This document shows, in pieces, positions 38,513 through 50,800 of a stretch of 64,000 bases of DNA (positions are counted from its first letter, which is position 1; each line of letters begins with the position of its first letter). The notes under the pieces were generated by a model. The model was not told the origin of the DNA. It did no database searches and worked only from the letters and a program-made list of their open reading frames with translations. Position numbers and translations under genes: made by a program. The DNA comes from Azolla caroliniana (taxonomy: Eukaryota; Plantae; Polypodiophyta), in NCBI GenBank assembly GCA_043228905.1, contig JBHGNT010000015.1, forward strand, positions 3,844,001-3,908,000, written 5' to 3'.

Positions 38513-41500
38513 AATATTAACGTCTTTTAAGAGGCCAAAATGGCCTATAAGACCAAATAAGAGATTACATCTTAAGTGGTGTCTTGTCTTTGAGAATAAA
38601 TCAAAATAAAATAAATATTACACAGTAAATATAAAAGTAAATAACATGAAAAGAAAAGAAATGAGGGAATCTGGTTTTTGGCACATGTGAGATCCTCAGG
38701 AGAGAGAGAGAGAGAGCTTTGAATAAACAGGCTCGTGAAAATATCAAAGAAGTTCACTTTCTGCCTTTCAATCCTATGATCAAACGCACGGCATTAACAT
38801 ACATAGATGAAAATGGATGCTGGTATAGAGCAAGTAAAGGTGCACCTGAACAGGTAGCTATGTATACTGAATTTTGTGCAATCATTGACCTTGTATTTAT
38901 TGGGTTATTGACCCTATCATGGGCAATTTAGGTACAACATTTGATGATGTGAATGTTACATTTCTGAACAGATTCTAAGTTTATGCCAAAACAGAGGAGA
39001 ACTGGCTCAGCATTTCCATTCAGTAATCCAAACTTATGCTGATCGTGGTTTCCGCTCACTTGCTGTTGCATGGCAGGTCAATTATATATTAACATGCATA
39101 TATTTAAAATGGATCCTTTTTCATGTTATATACATCTTAGTTGCAACTTGTTTTATTTTAGGAAGTTCCTGAGAAAAGGCTGGATGGTGAGGGATCACCT
39201 TGGCAGCTTTCTGGCATACTCCCACTTTTCGATCCTCCTCGTCATGATAGTGCTGAGACTATATCTCGAGCTCTTAAGCTTGGGATTACTGTGAAGATGC
39301 TAACTGGTAAAAACTAAAACACGCATTAGAATTCATGTTGATATTTTTCAGCTTCGGAATACCAGTGGGTGGTTATAATATGCTAGGGACTGTACTGTGC
39401 CTGGAGTTTTTTAGGTCATCTGAAATCTTTATAATGATACTTCCTTTTTTCAGAAAAAATGGTGAACTTGAAGTTTTTGGGAAGGGGGTATTTTATGTAC
39501 TTTCTCGAAGATTAAATAAACAAGTGTCCCTAGAAAAGAAACTCATTTATCTACCTTTGCAATATCATTATGACTAATAAGGAATCTTTGGTAAAGGGAC
39601 TAACTAGGAAGGAAGAAAAACAATGACTGGCCTTAAAATGATTGAGGTTGAGTTTGTGGTACCAATATGTAAGGAAAATAAACAAGGTAATGCAATCAAA
39701 GAGCTATGGTCTAGTAGAGCATCTGATGGGTGACCATGAAGATGCCTCTACCAAAAATCTGGATGTCAAATATAGCAATGGTAGCCAACGAGTCAAGACT
39801 GATAAGAGTTGGATCAATTGCATGATCCAAAAATTCTTTGTGACTAAGGTCTATCATGATTGCTTTGATAAAGTTAGCATCTGAAAAAATAAAATAAAAC
39901 TGCCGAGGAGTCTGAACAGATGCTTAGAACCAGCTGTTAATAGCTATTATGAAACAATAACAGAGAACTATAGCAACTCAAGGACAATTGAGAAAACATA
40001 GAAGAAGCGCAAACTTGTTACTTACAGAGTATTGTATTACACAACAGTATAGTTATAAAGTCAGAAGAACGCCTTCAAACATCAAAGGCACTTGATGCAA
40101 ATGCCATACCACTACCAGGGGACATACGTGACTACAAAGTCAGAAGAACATCTTCAAACATCAAAGGCACTTGATGCAAATGACATACTAGGGGACATGC
40201 ACGACAGATTGCTGAAGCGTTAAATGATAAAAATGCACTTCTTCTGGTTGCAATAGTGTAGAAGATTGCAATTATTTTAAGAGAGGACCTGTTCTAATCC
40301 AACTTCTACATGCAAGTTAAGATTTCTCGAGTGAGGGAGATGTATATCTTCAATAAAAATCTCATCTTTTTTTTTTCTTTATTTGTTCTTGTATTGTCTT
40401 ATGCTTAGGTGATCAATTGGCAATAGCAAAAGAGACAGGCCGAATGCTTGGGATGGGCAGCAACATGTATCCTTCGTCACTGTTAAATAAAGAACACATC
40501 AATGGCGTTCCTCTGGATGATCTGATTGAAAATGCAGATGGGTTTGCTGGTGTATTCCCAGGTGATTATTTTATAATTTTCTGGTGATAAATCTAACAGC
40601 ATCACAAAAGTTAAATATAAGAAGACACTGGTATAGGAAACAACTGTATTATAAACTGAGAACAAAGAAGTAACATTTTATTTAAATAAACTTATGATGC
40701 TTGAATAAACAAAAAAAGACATATCCACATCTTTTAAGAGGCCAAAATGGCCAATAAGACCAAACAAGAGATTACATCTTCAAATGTTGTCTTGTCTTTG
40801 AGAAGAACAAACCAAAATAAATGTAATTATGTAAATAAGTTTACTAAAATTAAAAGTGATGAAAGAACCCCATTATCTATAAATGTAAGATTTTCAAGTC
40901 AGATAGGTTGTAATTTTTGTTTTCAAAAGATATCTAACGTAGGTAAATCCAGAATGGCCTTTATTTGTCAATGACAAGGGTGGTGAAATCATGGTCCACA
41001 AGGCTGGGGCCTATGTGCACAAAAAATTGCCATTACCTGATCTATTATAACCCCTTTGCAATGTCCTTGGCAGGAGCCTATTCCCACTCATGTAGCCCTG
41101 ATTGACTTTTAACATGAATAGGAATGATCGGGCTAAAGAAAGTTGTGATTGTTGATGAGCTTGTGTGGTTGTATTGTTGTGTTTCAGTTATTTCTCTCTA
41201 AATCTCTCCAGTTATTTGCCTTGTGAGGACTTTGTCCCTAGGTTTCTACTCCATAGAGAAGAGTATCAAGTAGCCACAATCTAGTTAATAGTTCTTGAAC
41301 CTGTATATGTGTACATTCTTTATCAAGAGCACCAAAGGCTGCATACCCACGAGAAAGTCAAGCACATGCAACTTTCCGTAAGGAGAACTGAGGAGTTGTG
41401 AATGTTACTCCTAGGTATGTGTTGGATCATGTATATGCCACCTTTCTCCCAAGAAGAATACTGGTTCTGATCTCATTACCATGCATGAGTGCTGTTAAAC

Positions 41501-44500
41501 ATTATCATCTTAGTTTTATCTAAGTTTACCAACAAACCATTGTTTGTACAATTATTTTAAAGTGTTTAGATGCCTTTGTAGTCACTCCAGACATTTGGAG
41601 ATCGGCACAATGTTATGAGCATATCATAATAATTGTATGACCCCTGAACTGCCAAATCTCGCTATACAATGCGATGCTGCATCTATATAGAGACTAAAGA
41701 GAGTGGGTGACAGTGGACATCCTAGTTTTACTCCAACAGTGCTAGCCACACCTTCTGACAACCCATTGGGAGATCACATTTTTCTTGACAGGGATTTATA
41801 CTGTGCATAGATTCCCGAGTCCATATCTACAGGGACCCTTGTCTACAGGGACACCAAGGGTTTCAACTGACTGCATGCGTGAGAATGGGCTATGAGATGA
41901 ACGGGAGATTGCATCTACAATGTTGGCTCATCTTTGAGAGCATCAACAAAAATAATTATAACTTAATTAATAAAACTGCTCATTAGCTAAGCACAAAATA
42001 TGCCGCATAGATGAAACGTTTCCCGTTAAAAGATCTCTCACATGGGTTGATCTGAGGTGGAGAGGTGGTATCAGGTGATAATGACCTTGATTTGTCAATA
42101 ACGGTGGCAGGGCTGTGGAAAGTTCTTGAGCTGCCCCATCATACAATGGAGCATACGAGATAGAGGTGTATCCATGCAAGAGGACTTGATAAATTGGGCA
42201 ATGTTCCTATAAAGAGACATTGCGGGGTTGCATGTTCTTTCATTATCCAATTTAATGATATCAGTTTGGATCATTGTATTCGTTTTCATGCAGGCAATCA
42301 CTGAGACTAAAGATCTCTTCTGGTTTTGAGTTCTACGAAGGCGTGATCCCCAAGTTTCTACTCTGTACAGAAGAGTTGGTGCTACAAGTGTATTCGACAA
42401 CTACAATTGTGTTTGTGGTTGTTGGAATTGCATGTGTACATTGCTGTTCAAAGGCAGTTAGGGCTGCATACCCATGAGAAAGTCAATCACAGGAAGCATC
42501 CTGTAGGAAGAACCAAGGCCCTTTGAATTTAGGGTCATGTGCATGCCACAATTTCCTCGGCATGTACCCTATCCTTGTTCTGAAAATCTCGGCATCGTCT
42601 TTTGAGCTTTCCTATAGCGCACACAACTTGTATGTGTAGTGCATGCACGTTCCTTTTGGCCGCTTTGTCCAATGTTGCAGTCGTTATGTGCAACTTATTT
42701 ATGGGTGCTCTTTTTGCTTCTTGAATACCTGTTCGAAAGTGCATATTCTATTATTTCGTACTGAGTTTTTGCATTTTTAACTACCTCTACCCATGTTTAC
42801 ATTTTCTTCTCTATATTTTCTTTTACAATGGAGGTGCATGTTTCAATTGTCTCTTGACCTTTCTTAAGTTCAACATTAATAGCTTCGTTCATCAAGACTA
42901 GTTTGGCCCAACTTAATTTAATTTCTGCTGTTAGATATTTTGCCGCAGTTTAACCTCTATAGTTGATTCCCTTACTAAGCTTTTAGTTCCATTTCTTAGA
43001 GTTTCTTGTAATTCCGAAAAGGGCATATTGTTCCTTTTTCTGCTTTGTGTGCTGCATTTCTCCTTTCAAGGCATTTCCTTTGCTTCTAGACAGTTTGCTA
43101 TTTCATCTTTAACTTCTACTGTTGATTGTCTTACTAGGCTTGCAATGCCATTTCTTAGAGCTTCTTGTAATTCTTTCTTCCGTAAGGACATATAATTCTT
43201 TTTTCTTCTTTTTTGATTCCCCTTGCATTGTGTTGCATTCTCTCTTTCAAGGCATTTCCTATCTATCTATCCTATGCCAGATCACGTTTGATTGAGCAAG
43301 TTTCAACTTGTAATCATCCTAGGTTGGTGCTGGCCCAGTCCCTCGAGCATTGGCATTGTCTATAATCATGCATGTGTGATCACCTTTTGTGGAGAGCTCT
43401 ATGTCGTTTATTATACCTGGTGCTTTTTCAGTTTTCTATTGTACATAATTTAATACGATATTTCTTAAAAGAGATCATATCCATGCAGAACATAAATTTG
43501 AGATTGTAAAACGGCTACAAGAAAAGAAACATGTTTGTGGCATGACTGGAGATGGAGTTAATGATGCTCCTGCTCTGAAGAAGGCAGATATAGGTATTGC
43601 TGTTGCAGGAGCTACAGATGCTGCGAGGAGTGCCTCAGATATTGTTCTTACAGAACCTGGATTAAGTGTGATCATAAGTGCAGTGCTCACAAGCCGAGCA
43701 ATTTTCCAAAGGATGAAGAACTATACAGTATGTCAGGGTGGTTCTTTGAACATTTATTAGTATTATCTGAAGTTCAATGCCAGGAGATAACAGTTATTTA
43801 CCACTGTCTTATTGTAGATATATGCTGTTTCGATCACAATACGCATAGTGGTTGGTTTCATTTGAAGCTTGCTCTTTTACAAAGTTATCATTAATAAAGT
43901 TAAGAGTATGGTTCAGACTAAGTAAATTCTTGATGTGTAGGTTGGATTTCTGCTCTTGGCCTTGGTTTGGAAGTTTGATTTTTCCCCTTTTATGATTCTC
44001 ATCATTGCAATATTAAATGATGGTAAGGCATTTGTAATAATGTCTGTTTCTCATGTTGCCATGTTGTTTACCATGTGAAAATGACCTGTAACAAAGGTCA
44101 ATTTTTTCGGTGTTCTTGGAGATGTTATAATATTTTCTGTTGGAGATGGTAAATTCTCATAGGCCTTTTTGGCCTTGCTGCAATCTTTGCACGCAATTTT
44201 CCTGGAATCCCAACTACATACCAAAGTGTCTCTTTGCCAACTTTCACGTCTCTACCCATTGGAGCTCTCTGCTCATCCATTTTATCTAAAGCATACTATT
44301 CTTTTATCAGCAAACTTGTTGCCATTGAGCACTACCTGTCGTATTTTCTTGACGATCTCAACATTAATTCCTTAACCTAGCCATCACATCTCTGGTAATT
44401 CATGATCTCCCGTTTTCTACTATTTCGCAAGAAGCTTAAGCTCGTAAGCATTTTGTGAAATCCAAGGGTGGGGAATAGTTACTGTCAATTTCAGAAGAGA

Positions 44501-46550
44501 GAGAAACTGCTGCTACATAGAACATGTTCAATAAACCAATCTATGTTCAATCCTCATTAATAGCCAAATCAGACACATGCTACAGTGCTAAGGTTCATAC
44601 ATACATCATGTGAACATTTCAAATACATGACTGTTCAATTTTGTGGTGATCAATGATGGCTGAAGAGAGTTGGCCTAGTAGTTGGGATTCCTACACAGGT
44701 GGGAAGCTTAACGCCCATCTGCCACAAATCTACCTAGGCAAGTGGGAAAATAAGACTTGTCTATGAAACAAAATGTCTGGTTCTTACAGGGTGCAGCCAT
44801 TCCCAAATTATGTGGTGTTTATAAATTGGCGAAATTTCACAAGGGACAAAATTGAGAACAGAGATGTGTACAGCCTACAGTAAAATGATTACACATATTA
44901 CTATTATTTCTGTTCTCTTCATTAATACAAATTAATATGTTGTTTGAAAATAAATTATGCATGTGTTTCATTCTTGAAGCTTTAAATGTACAATGACTAA
45001 CAGGTAAGATCTAAGTTTCTCCTTGTAGGTACAATAATGACTATAGCAAAGGATCGTGTAAAACCTTCACCCCTTCCTGATAGTTGGAAGCTCAAAGAAA
45101 TATTTGCAACTGGAATTGTCTTGGGTGTCTATCTTGCTCTTATGACAGTTCTGTTCTTTTGGGCTGTTCATAAAACTGACTTCTTTGAGGTAGGTTGCAA
45201 GAAGACTTTCGGCATATTTCAGCATGTTATTCCATCCTCATGGAATTTTATTTATTGGTTGTGTACATCTTATAGAGGCAATTCCATGTTAGAAGCATCC
45301 AGTCAAGTCAGAGCCAATTGACAAGTGCTGTTTACCTGCAAGTGAGCATTGTCAGCCAGGCCCTAATATTTGTTACACGTTCTAATGGTTGGTCATTCAT
45401 GGAAAGGCCTGGGATGCTTCTTTTTATTGCTTTTATAATAGCCCAATTGGTAAGTGTGTATTTAAATTTTCATATCCACAAATTCAAATGATTGGTATGG
45501 TAGAGTGGTGATATGATAAATTTCTATTGTTTCTTGAACTTTGTTTTATTTTCATTGTGTTGTTTCGGTTTCAAACAGATCGCAACATTTTTAGCAGTAT
45601 ATGCTAAGTGGGGCTTTGCAAATATCAAGGGAATCGGTTGGAAATGGGCAGGGATCATTTGGCTCTACAGTCTCATAACTTATATACCACTCGACATTTT
45701 GAAGTTCACCATACGCTACATCTTGATGGAAAATCCTTGGAATCTCATATTTGCAAGGAAGGTCGCATTCACCACCAAAAGAGAACATGGAAAGGAAGAA
45801 ATAGAAGCAATTTGGGATCCGAAAGATGCAGTGTTGCTCCGTTCCAACACTAAATCCATCTTCGACAAGAGTCAGTCAAAAAGAACTTCTCAAATGGTTG
45901 AACAAGCAAAATGGCGAGCAGAAATGGCAAAGTAAGATTCAATTTATTGACATGCAAAATCTTTGAGATAAGGGTTTAGACCTTTTGATTAACTCGTTCT
46001 TGGCTCAAATTGAAGTCTATTAATTCATTCATGGTTCATAATGGAAACAAAGGGGCAATGCTTCCTTTCATACCCAGGTGTGTCACCTTGCAGAGATGGA
46101 ACCATATTATTTCATATACTAAAGAATGATTGAGCTGTACAAATGATTGTTAAGAGGTTATCTTGTTGGCCTCTAAGATTAAAATATATAAACTTGAAGA
46201 TGTGTTTAGTGATGGTGGACTCTAGGTAGTTGCCTACGAGTCACTCAAATCCTGAAGCTTAGTCACAAGAGAATATCCCTCTCAAGATGGAAGGCTTCTG
46301 GGGTGTGCGAGTTGGTACATACACTACAGATGCCCCCTGAACCCAGCTGAAAAACAAAACATAAACGCTGCTATAGAGTAGGCCGTGCCCTTAGGTTTAT
46401 TATATATTTATCATCTATATTGTCCATAGATTTAATTTCTCACTACAAGTTTGAATAATCGTCATGATCAGGTTACATGGATCACAGGGTTCAGCTGATT
46501 CAATCATATGGAAGGATCCAGGAATGTCTAGTTCTGTGGCAATTGTTTGA
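31216..46550 (+). CDS. AHA: Plasma-membrane P3A H+-ATPase (AHA family), divergent; start exon not resolved. Exons 31216-31299, 34453-34551, 34643-34780, 34855-34989, 35131-35310, 36300-36506, 36614-36733, 37304-37423, 38731-38853, 38972-39076, 39162-39306, 40409-40561, 43489-43727, 43818-43850, 43941-44022, 45029-45189, 45276-45449, 45579-45931, 46472-46550
   Basis: [35 protein letters not shown] (phosphorylated Asp), [43 protein letters not shown]; GT-AG boundaries join in frame. Confidence 0.93.
31700..33320 (-). mobile_element. RTE/RTEX-like LINE fragments (3' tail at ~32320, RT remnants) in an AHA intron
   Basis: Family 3' end at 32320-32560; minus-strand [20 protein letters not shown] remnant; boundaries approximate. 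Confidence 0.75.
33640..34240 (-). mobile_element. RTE/RTEX-like LINE 3' fragment
   Basis: GAAAGAAAGAAA-GAGATTACATCTTAAGTGTTGTC... homologous to 40710-41160 and, in reverse, 53450-53985. Confidence 0.8.
35780..36105. mobile_element. AT-rich MITE-like remnant with repeated AGAATACGT motifs
   Basis: AGAATACGT and TATTCT recur in both orientations; termini not resolved. Confidence 0.4.
37430..37650 (-). mobile_element. RTE/RTEX-like LINE 3' end beside a splice donor
   Basis: (GAAA)n followed by TTTTAAGAGGTCAAAATGGCCTG..., within ~10 bp of the donor at 37424. Confidence 0.8.
38245..38716 (-). mobile_element. Two tandem RTE/RTEX-like LINE 3' ends separated by (GAAA)n and ending at (GA)n
   Basis: Copies at ~38245-38460 and ~38462-38700; both truncated at the same ...CTCAGG point. 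Confidence 0.85.
40710..42600 (-). mobile_element. RTE/RTEX-like LINE fragments with RT remnant
   Basis: Family 3' end at 40710; reverse complement of ~41680-41750 reads [22 protein letters not shown]; [11 protein letters not shown] at ~42350. Confidence 0.8.
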
Positions 46551-47270
46551 GTGAGTACACTTAGAAGCAAAGAAGATATTGTATACCAGGAAAGTACATA
46601 AACCATCACCATGGAACCAAATTATGAAACAAAAAAAATAAATCCTTTAAATGCTTTGATGGATTGAAGTCTATTATTTTCTAGCTCCTTTTCTTTAAAT
46701 TTTTCAGGTGATTCCTGCTGTGTACCAATCTGTCTGTCGATATATCTTAATGCAATTAATACTCCCCCAGCATTAGAGAATCTGACAGCTTATGTGGTTC
46801 TATATGATATTCCATTATAAATTTATTTAGTGGCACCCTCTTAGCAATACTTTTTAGTGACACACCTAACAGCTTTTGTATTTCATATATTTACTTGATC
46901 TTATTGATCTGCATTTGGTATTCAAGGTGGCCTGATATTTGAGAGGGATATTATAAAGATTGGATTTTTTCATTTTTAATGAATGTGAAGGTATACCAGT
47001 TTGTGGGTGCAATAACATTCATTAAATGCATCAAACTAGTAGTAAGATGGGTGGTAATGAAATTGATTGTGCTCTACAGCTTCATTAGTAAGATTGGTGT
47101 TCATGAAATTGGTTGTGTGATCAACTCCTTTTGCACAGAAATCAGTTCAATCCTCTTGTGCTTACATAATAATTACCACTAAATGAGGATTCAAAGTGAA
47201 GATTTATGCCTGGTATGATCAAAAGCTTACATTCGCTGACTGACCAAATCCAAGAATTATATATTGTACA

Positions 47271-47721
47271 CTAAAAGCAGAGGTTCGAATAAATATTTCA
47301 GAATGATTTACCAATCCTATATACATGATAAGGTGTGGCAGGATGCAGAAATTTGACAGTATAATTTTACAAAAAAATGCTCTCAATTTTATGGTACAAA
47401 AAATAGCGCAGCCAACTCAAAGCAGAGGAAACTTGACGGTATAATTTTACAAGAAAAATGCTCTCAATTTTAAGGTACAAAAAATAGCACACCCAACTAA
47501 AAGCAGAGGAAACTTGACAGTATAATTTTACAAAAAAATGCTCTCAATTTTATGGTACAAAAAGTAGCACAGCCAACTAAAAGCAGAGGTTCGAATAAAT
47601 ATTTCAGAATTATTTACCAATCCTATATCCATGATAAGGTGCAGCAGGGTGCAGAAACTTGACGGTATAATTTTACAAAAAAATAGCCTCAATTTTATGG
47701 TACAAAAAATAGCACAGCCAA
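47271..47721. repeat. Compound ~80-bp tandem repeat between the convergent AHA and TBC 3' ends
   Basis: AAACTTGACAGTATAATTTTACAAAAAAATGCTCTCAATTTTATGGTACAAAAAATAGC x4, plus a duplicated GGTTCGAATAAATATTTCAG block. Confidence 0.9.
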
Positions 47722-47812
47722 ATCTTTGCAGAGGTGTCTGGCAACATCTTGTAACTGTACACATTCTGAGAACTGACCACCTTTCACCTTTAAAGATATT
47801 CTAGCGCTCATG

Positions 47813-50800
47813 CTAGGATCTGCCACTGACAGACCAGTGTTTTCTCTGATTTGTTACCTGTGCATAATAAACATAATCTGTAATCCAATGCAGTGTCTAC
47901 ATCAAAAATATGAGCCCCACATAAATATAAATTATATATATACCTTGAGCAGATACTTTTTATGGATCTTCAATGCCTCCTTACACGCTTTCCTTGCATC
48001 AAGTTTGCCAGTCACATCATTCAGGATCTGAAAAGCTCTTTCAAGATCAAAACCCATCACCACGTATCCCATATCTATTTGTAAAAAAAAACTATAGAAC
48101 TGTAATAAAGAGCTCATAGCTAGAGTATCCACAAAAGACTTTGTTTAAAATATACAAACTTGGCCACTTGTGGAAACATACCCTCAGAACTTCATCGAGC
48201 CCAGGTGATTCTTGAAGCCTTGATTTCTGTGACTCAAATATGCTCGCAGCACAAAAAACCACAAAAGGAATTTCGTGTGGATTATTATCTTGACCATACT
48301 TATTTTTCTGGCGCTCAAACTTGCCCCATTTATACACAGATTTTCCCTTTCTTGTGATCCAGCCATTTCCCATACTGCTCTTTGAGAACGGGTCAGCCTT
48401 TTGCGGCTGAAGACCAGTCTCAGGAAGAATCATGTCAGGATAGTATTCTAAAGACCACATAATCTGAACAAACAAGACAACATGTACCAAGAGAGAAAGA
48501 TAAATCAATATCTTCAAGCTGGCCAAAATGACCTATGAGACGAAACACAAGATTACATCTTAAAATGTTGTCTCATATTTAACCACCACCACCAAAATAA
48601 TTATAATTAAATTAGTAAAATAGTGTAAGGTACTAAATAATCTTGCTAGCTATGCATTTACTATTTTGAGCTTAAATTGATCGAAAGATCTCTAACATGG
48701 GCCAACCCAAAATGAAGAGGCGTCCAAAGCAGCAAAAGCACATTTGGTGTCAGGTTATAATGGCTTGATTTATCAATAATAAATGTAGTGGCCTGTGGTC
48801 AAAATAGGTTGCATTACCTGCACAAATTTCTATTGCCCAACTATTGTAAACCCTTTTGAATGTTGTGGTTGAGACCCTAGCCTTGTGGCCCTTTATTGAC
48901 TTGTAGAATAAGAAGGGATAGCGATACTAAAAGTTACAATGATTCTTATTGATGAGCTTTTGTTGTCTATCGGCTCTTTTCCATAAATGTGTTATATCTG
49001 CCTGACTCATCTGTAACTGATGTAACGAGGTCCTGAGCTACCCTATCACATTATGAAGTGCATGAGAACAACATGTATTCATATAAAAGGGTCTCATCAT
49101 AAATTCATCTTCCCATGTGTAAAAAGAGGGGCATGTAGTGGGCCAACTTCCTATCAAGAGGCATAGTTGGGCATGTTCTTCCATTTCAAATTTCATGATA
49201 ACAGTTTGGATCAATCAATTCTTTGCCTCTTTGGTCATGTTCAAGGGTGCGCAATCAAAGATATACTGGAACAAGGGTAGTGCATTTATATTTATGCAAT
49301 GTGATCAGAAACATTCTTGCATTTCAGCAGACAAACAATAATTGTTTCCATATTCTGTCAAGTGTATTGATGACCCAAGGGCCAATTTTGAGTACCTTTT
49401 CTTTGATCCATTGGATACCAGTCAATGATCAGAGTAGTGAGTCAATCAAAGATCACTCCAAATCTCGCCAGTTATGTGATCTATGGAGGCTCAATCCCTA
49501 AGTTTCTACCCCATAGAAAGAGTTAGGTGATGCAAGTGTATGAAACCTACCATAATTTTGTTCATGGTTCTTGCAACTGTATATATATGCATTGTCTTTT
49601 ACGGCAAGCAAGTGCTGCATATCTAAGAGAAAGTTGCGCAAATACAGCCTCCGCATAATAAGAACCAAAGCCGTGCTACGCATGCTTGAATGGTGTTAAT
49701 ACCATCACTTTGAGTTTATCAAGTTTTACCAACAAAACTGTCTGTACAAGATGACTTCAAAACGTCCCTCTATGCAATTAGATACCTCATCAATGAAAAG
49801 ACCATGAAGAGTCAAGGATAGTTCCATTATTGTTTTGTTCCAATCGTGCTAAGCCATAATCACTGACAACCCATTAGGGGCATATATTTTTCTAGCACAT
49901 TCAAATAGTGAATGGATTCCACATGACATTCATCTACCAGGACTTGCAGAAGCCTCCAGTTTCTGCATGACACAAACATGAGGTATTATGTCGAAAGTTT
50001 GCTGGAAATCCACAAGGCAAAAATAGCTTCCCCTTTTATGGGCTTTTTCTTCCTCAGTAAGGGCTGAACGCATAAATTTATGCTCCTCAGCTCTCTTGGA
50101 AATAAATTGTCTTCATTTCACACAAAATGGAGCTAGCTCCCCCACAAGGAGGTTGTCCTAGTTGCATAAGCGCAGCGCAGTCTTGACTACAGGTATGTGA
50201 GGATTATTCACTCAACTGCAGTTGAGAAAGAATCTCAATACTCTCTGAACAGGGTAAGGTGCACAGCAATAGGAAAGATCATGGCAAGCTTGCTAGTACT
50301 TAGTATAAGTGAATGAAGTGGTGAACCTGGAGAAGAATCATACCCCTAGTGGCTATTCTCGGTATGGTTCTGATACTATCAATATCCACAAATTCATATG
50401 CTTACACAAGAACATCAAGCTATAAAATGAAAGGATCCCTTGCAAGCTAACCTCCCATAGATATAACGAATCAGAAAAAGAGAACTCCCGCCGAAATAAA
50501 ACCATCAGCATTCGAAATGCAAAAATAAAGCTGCCACCCCCAAGGTCATCTGCAACATTAAAAATGTAATCATAAATTGGAAACCATATCTAGGATACTA
50601 ACAAGATAAATGAACAAATTGTGATTTGGCAACCAAACATATGTCGAAGCTTTATCGGACTAGAATATTTTGAAATTACAAATTCAGTATCTGGGTGAGT
50701 ATGTAAGTTAAGGAAAACTCGAGTGCATATTATATTATATCATAATCTATTCATAACAAAGAATTAACCAGCACATGAAAAGCTCTGGAGTTACTTGGCA

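Noticed and set aside
45932-45935. AHA terminating at RAEMAK*
   Set aside because: AA|GTAAG is a strong donor at a typical AHA intron position and an alignable last exon exists at 46472-46550; kept only as a possible retention isoform
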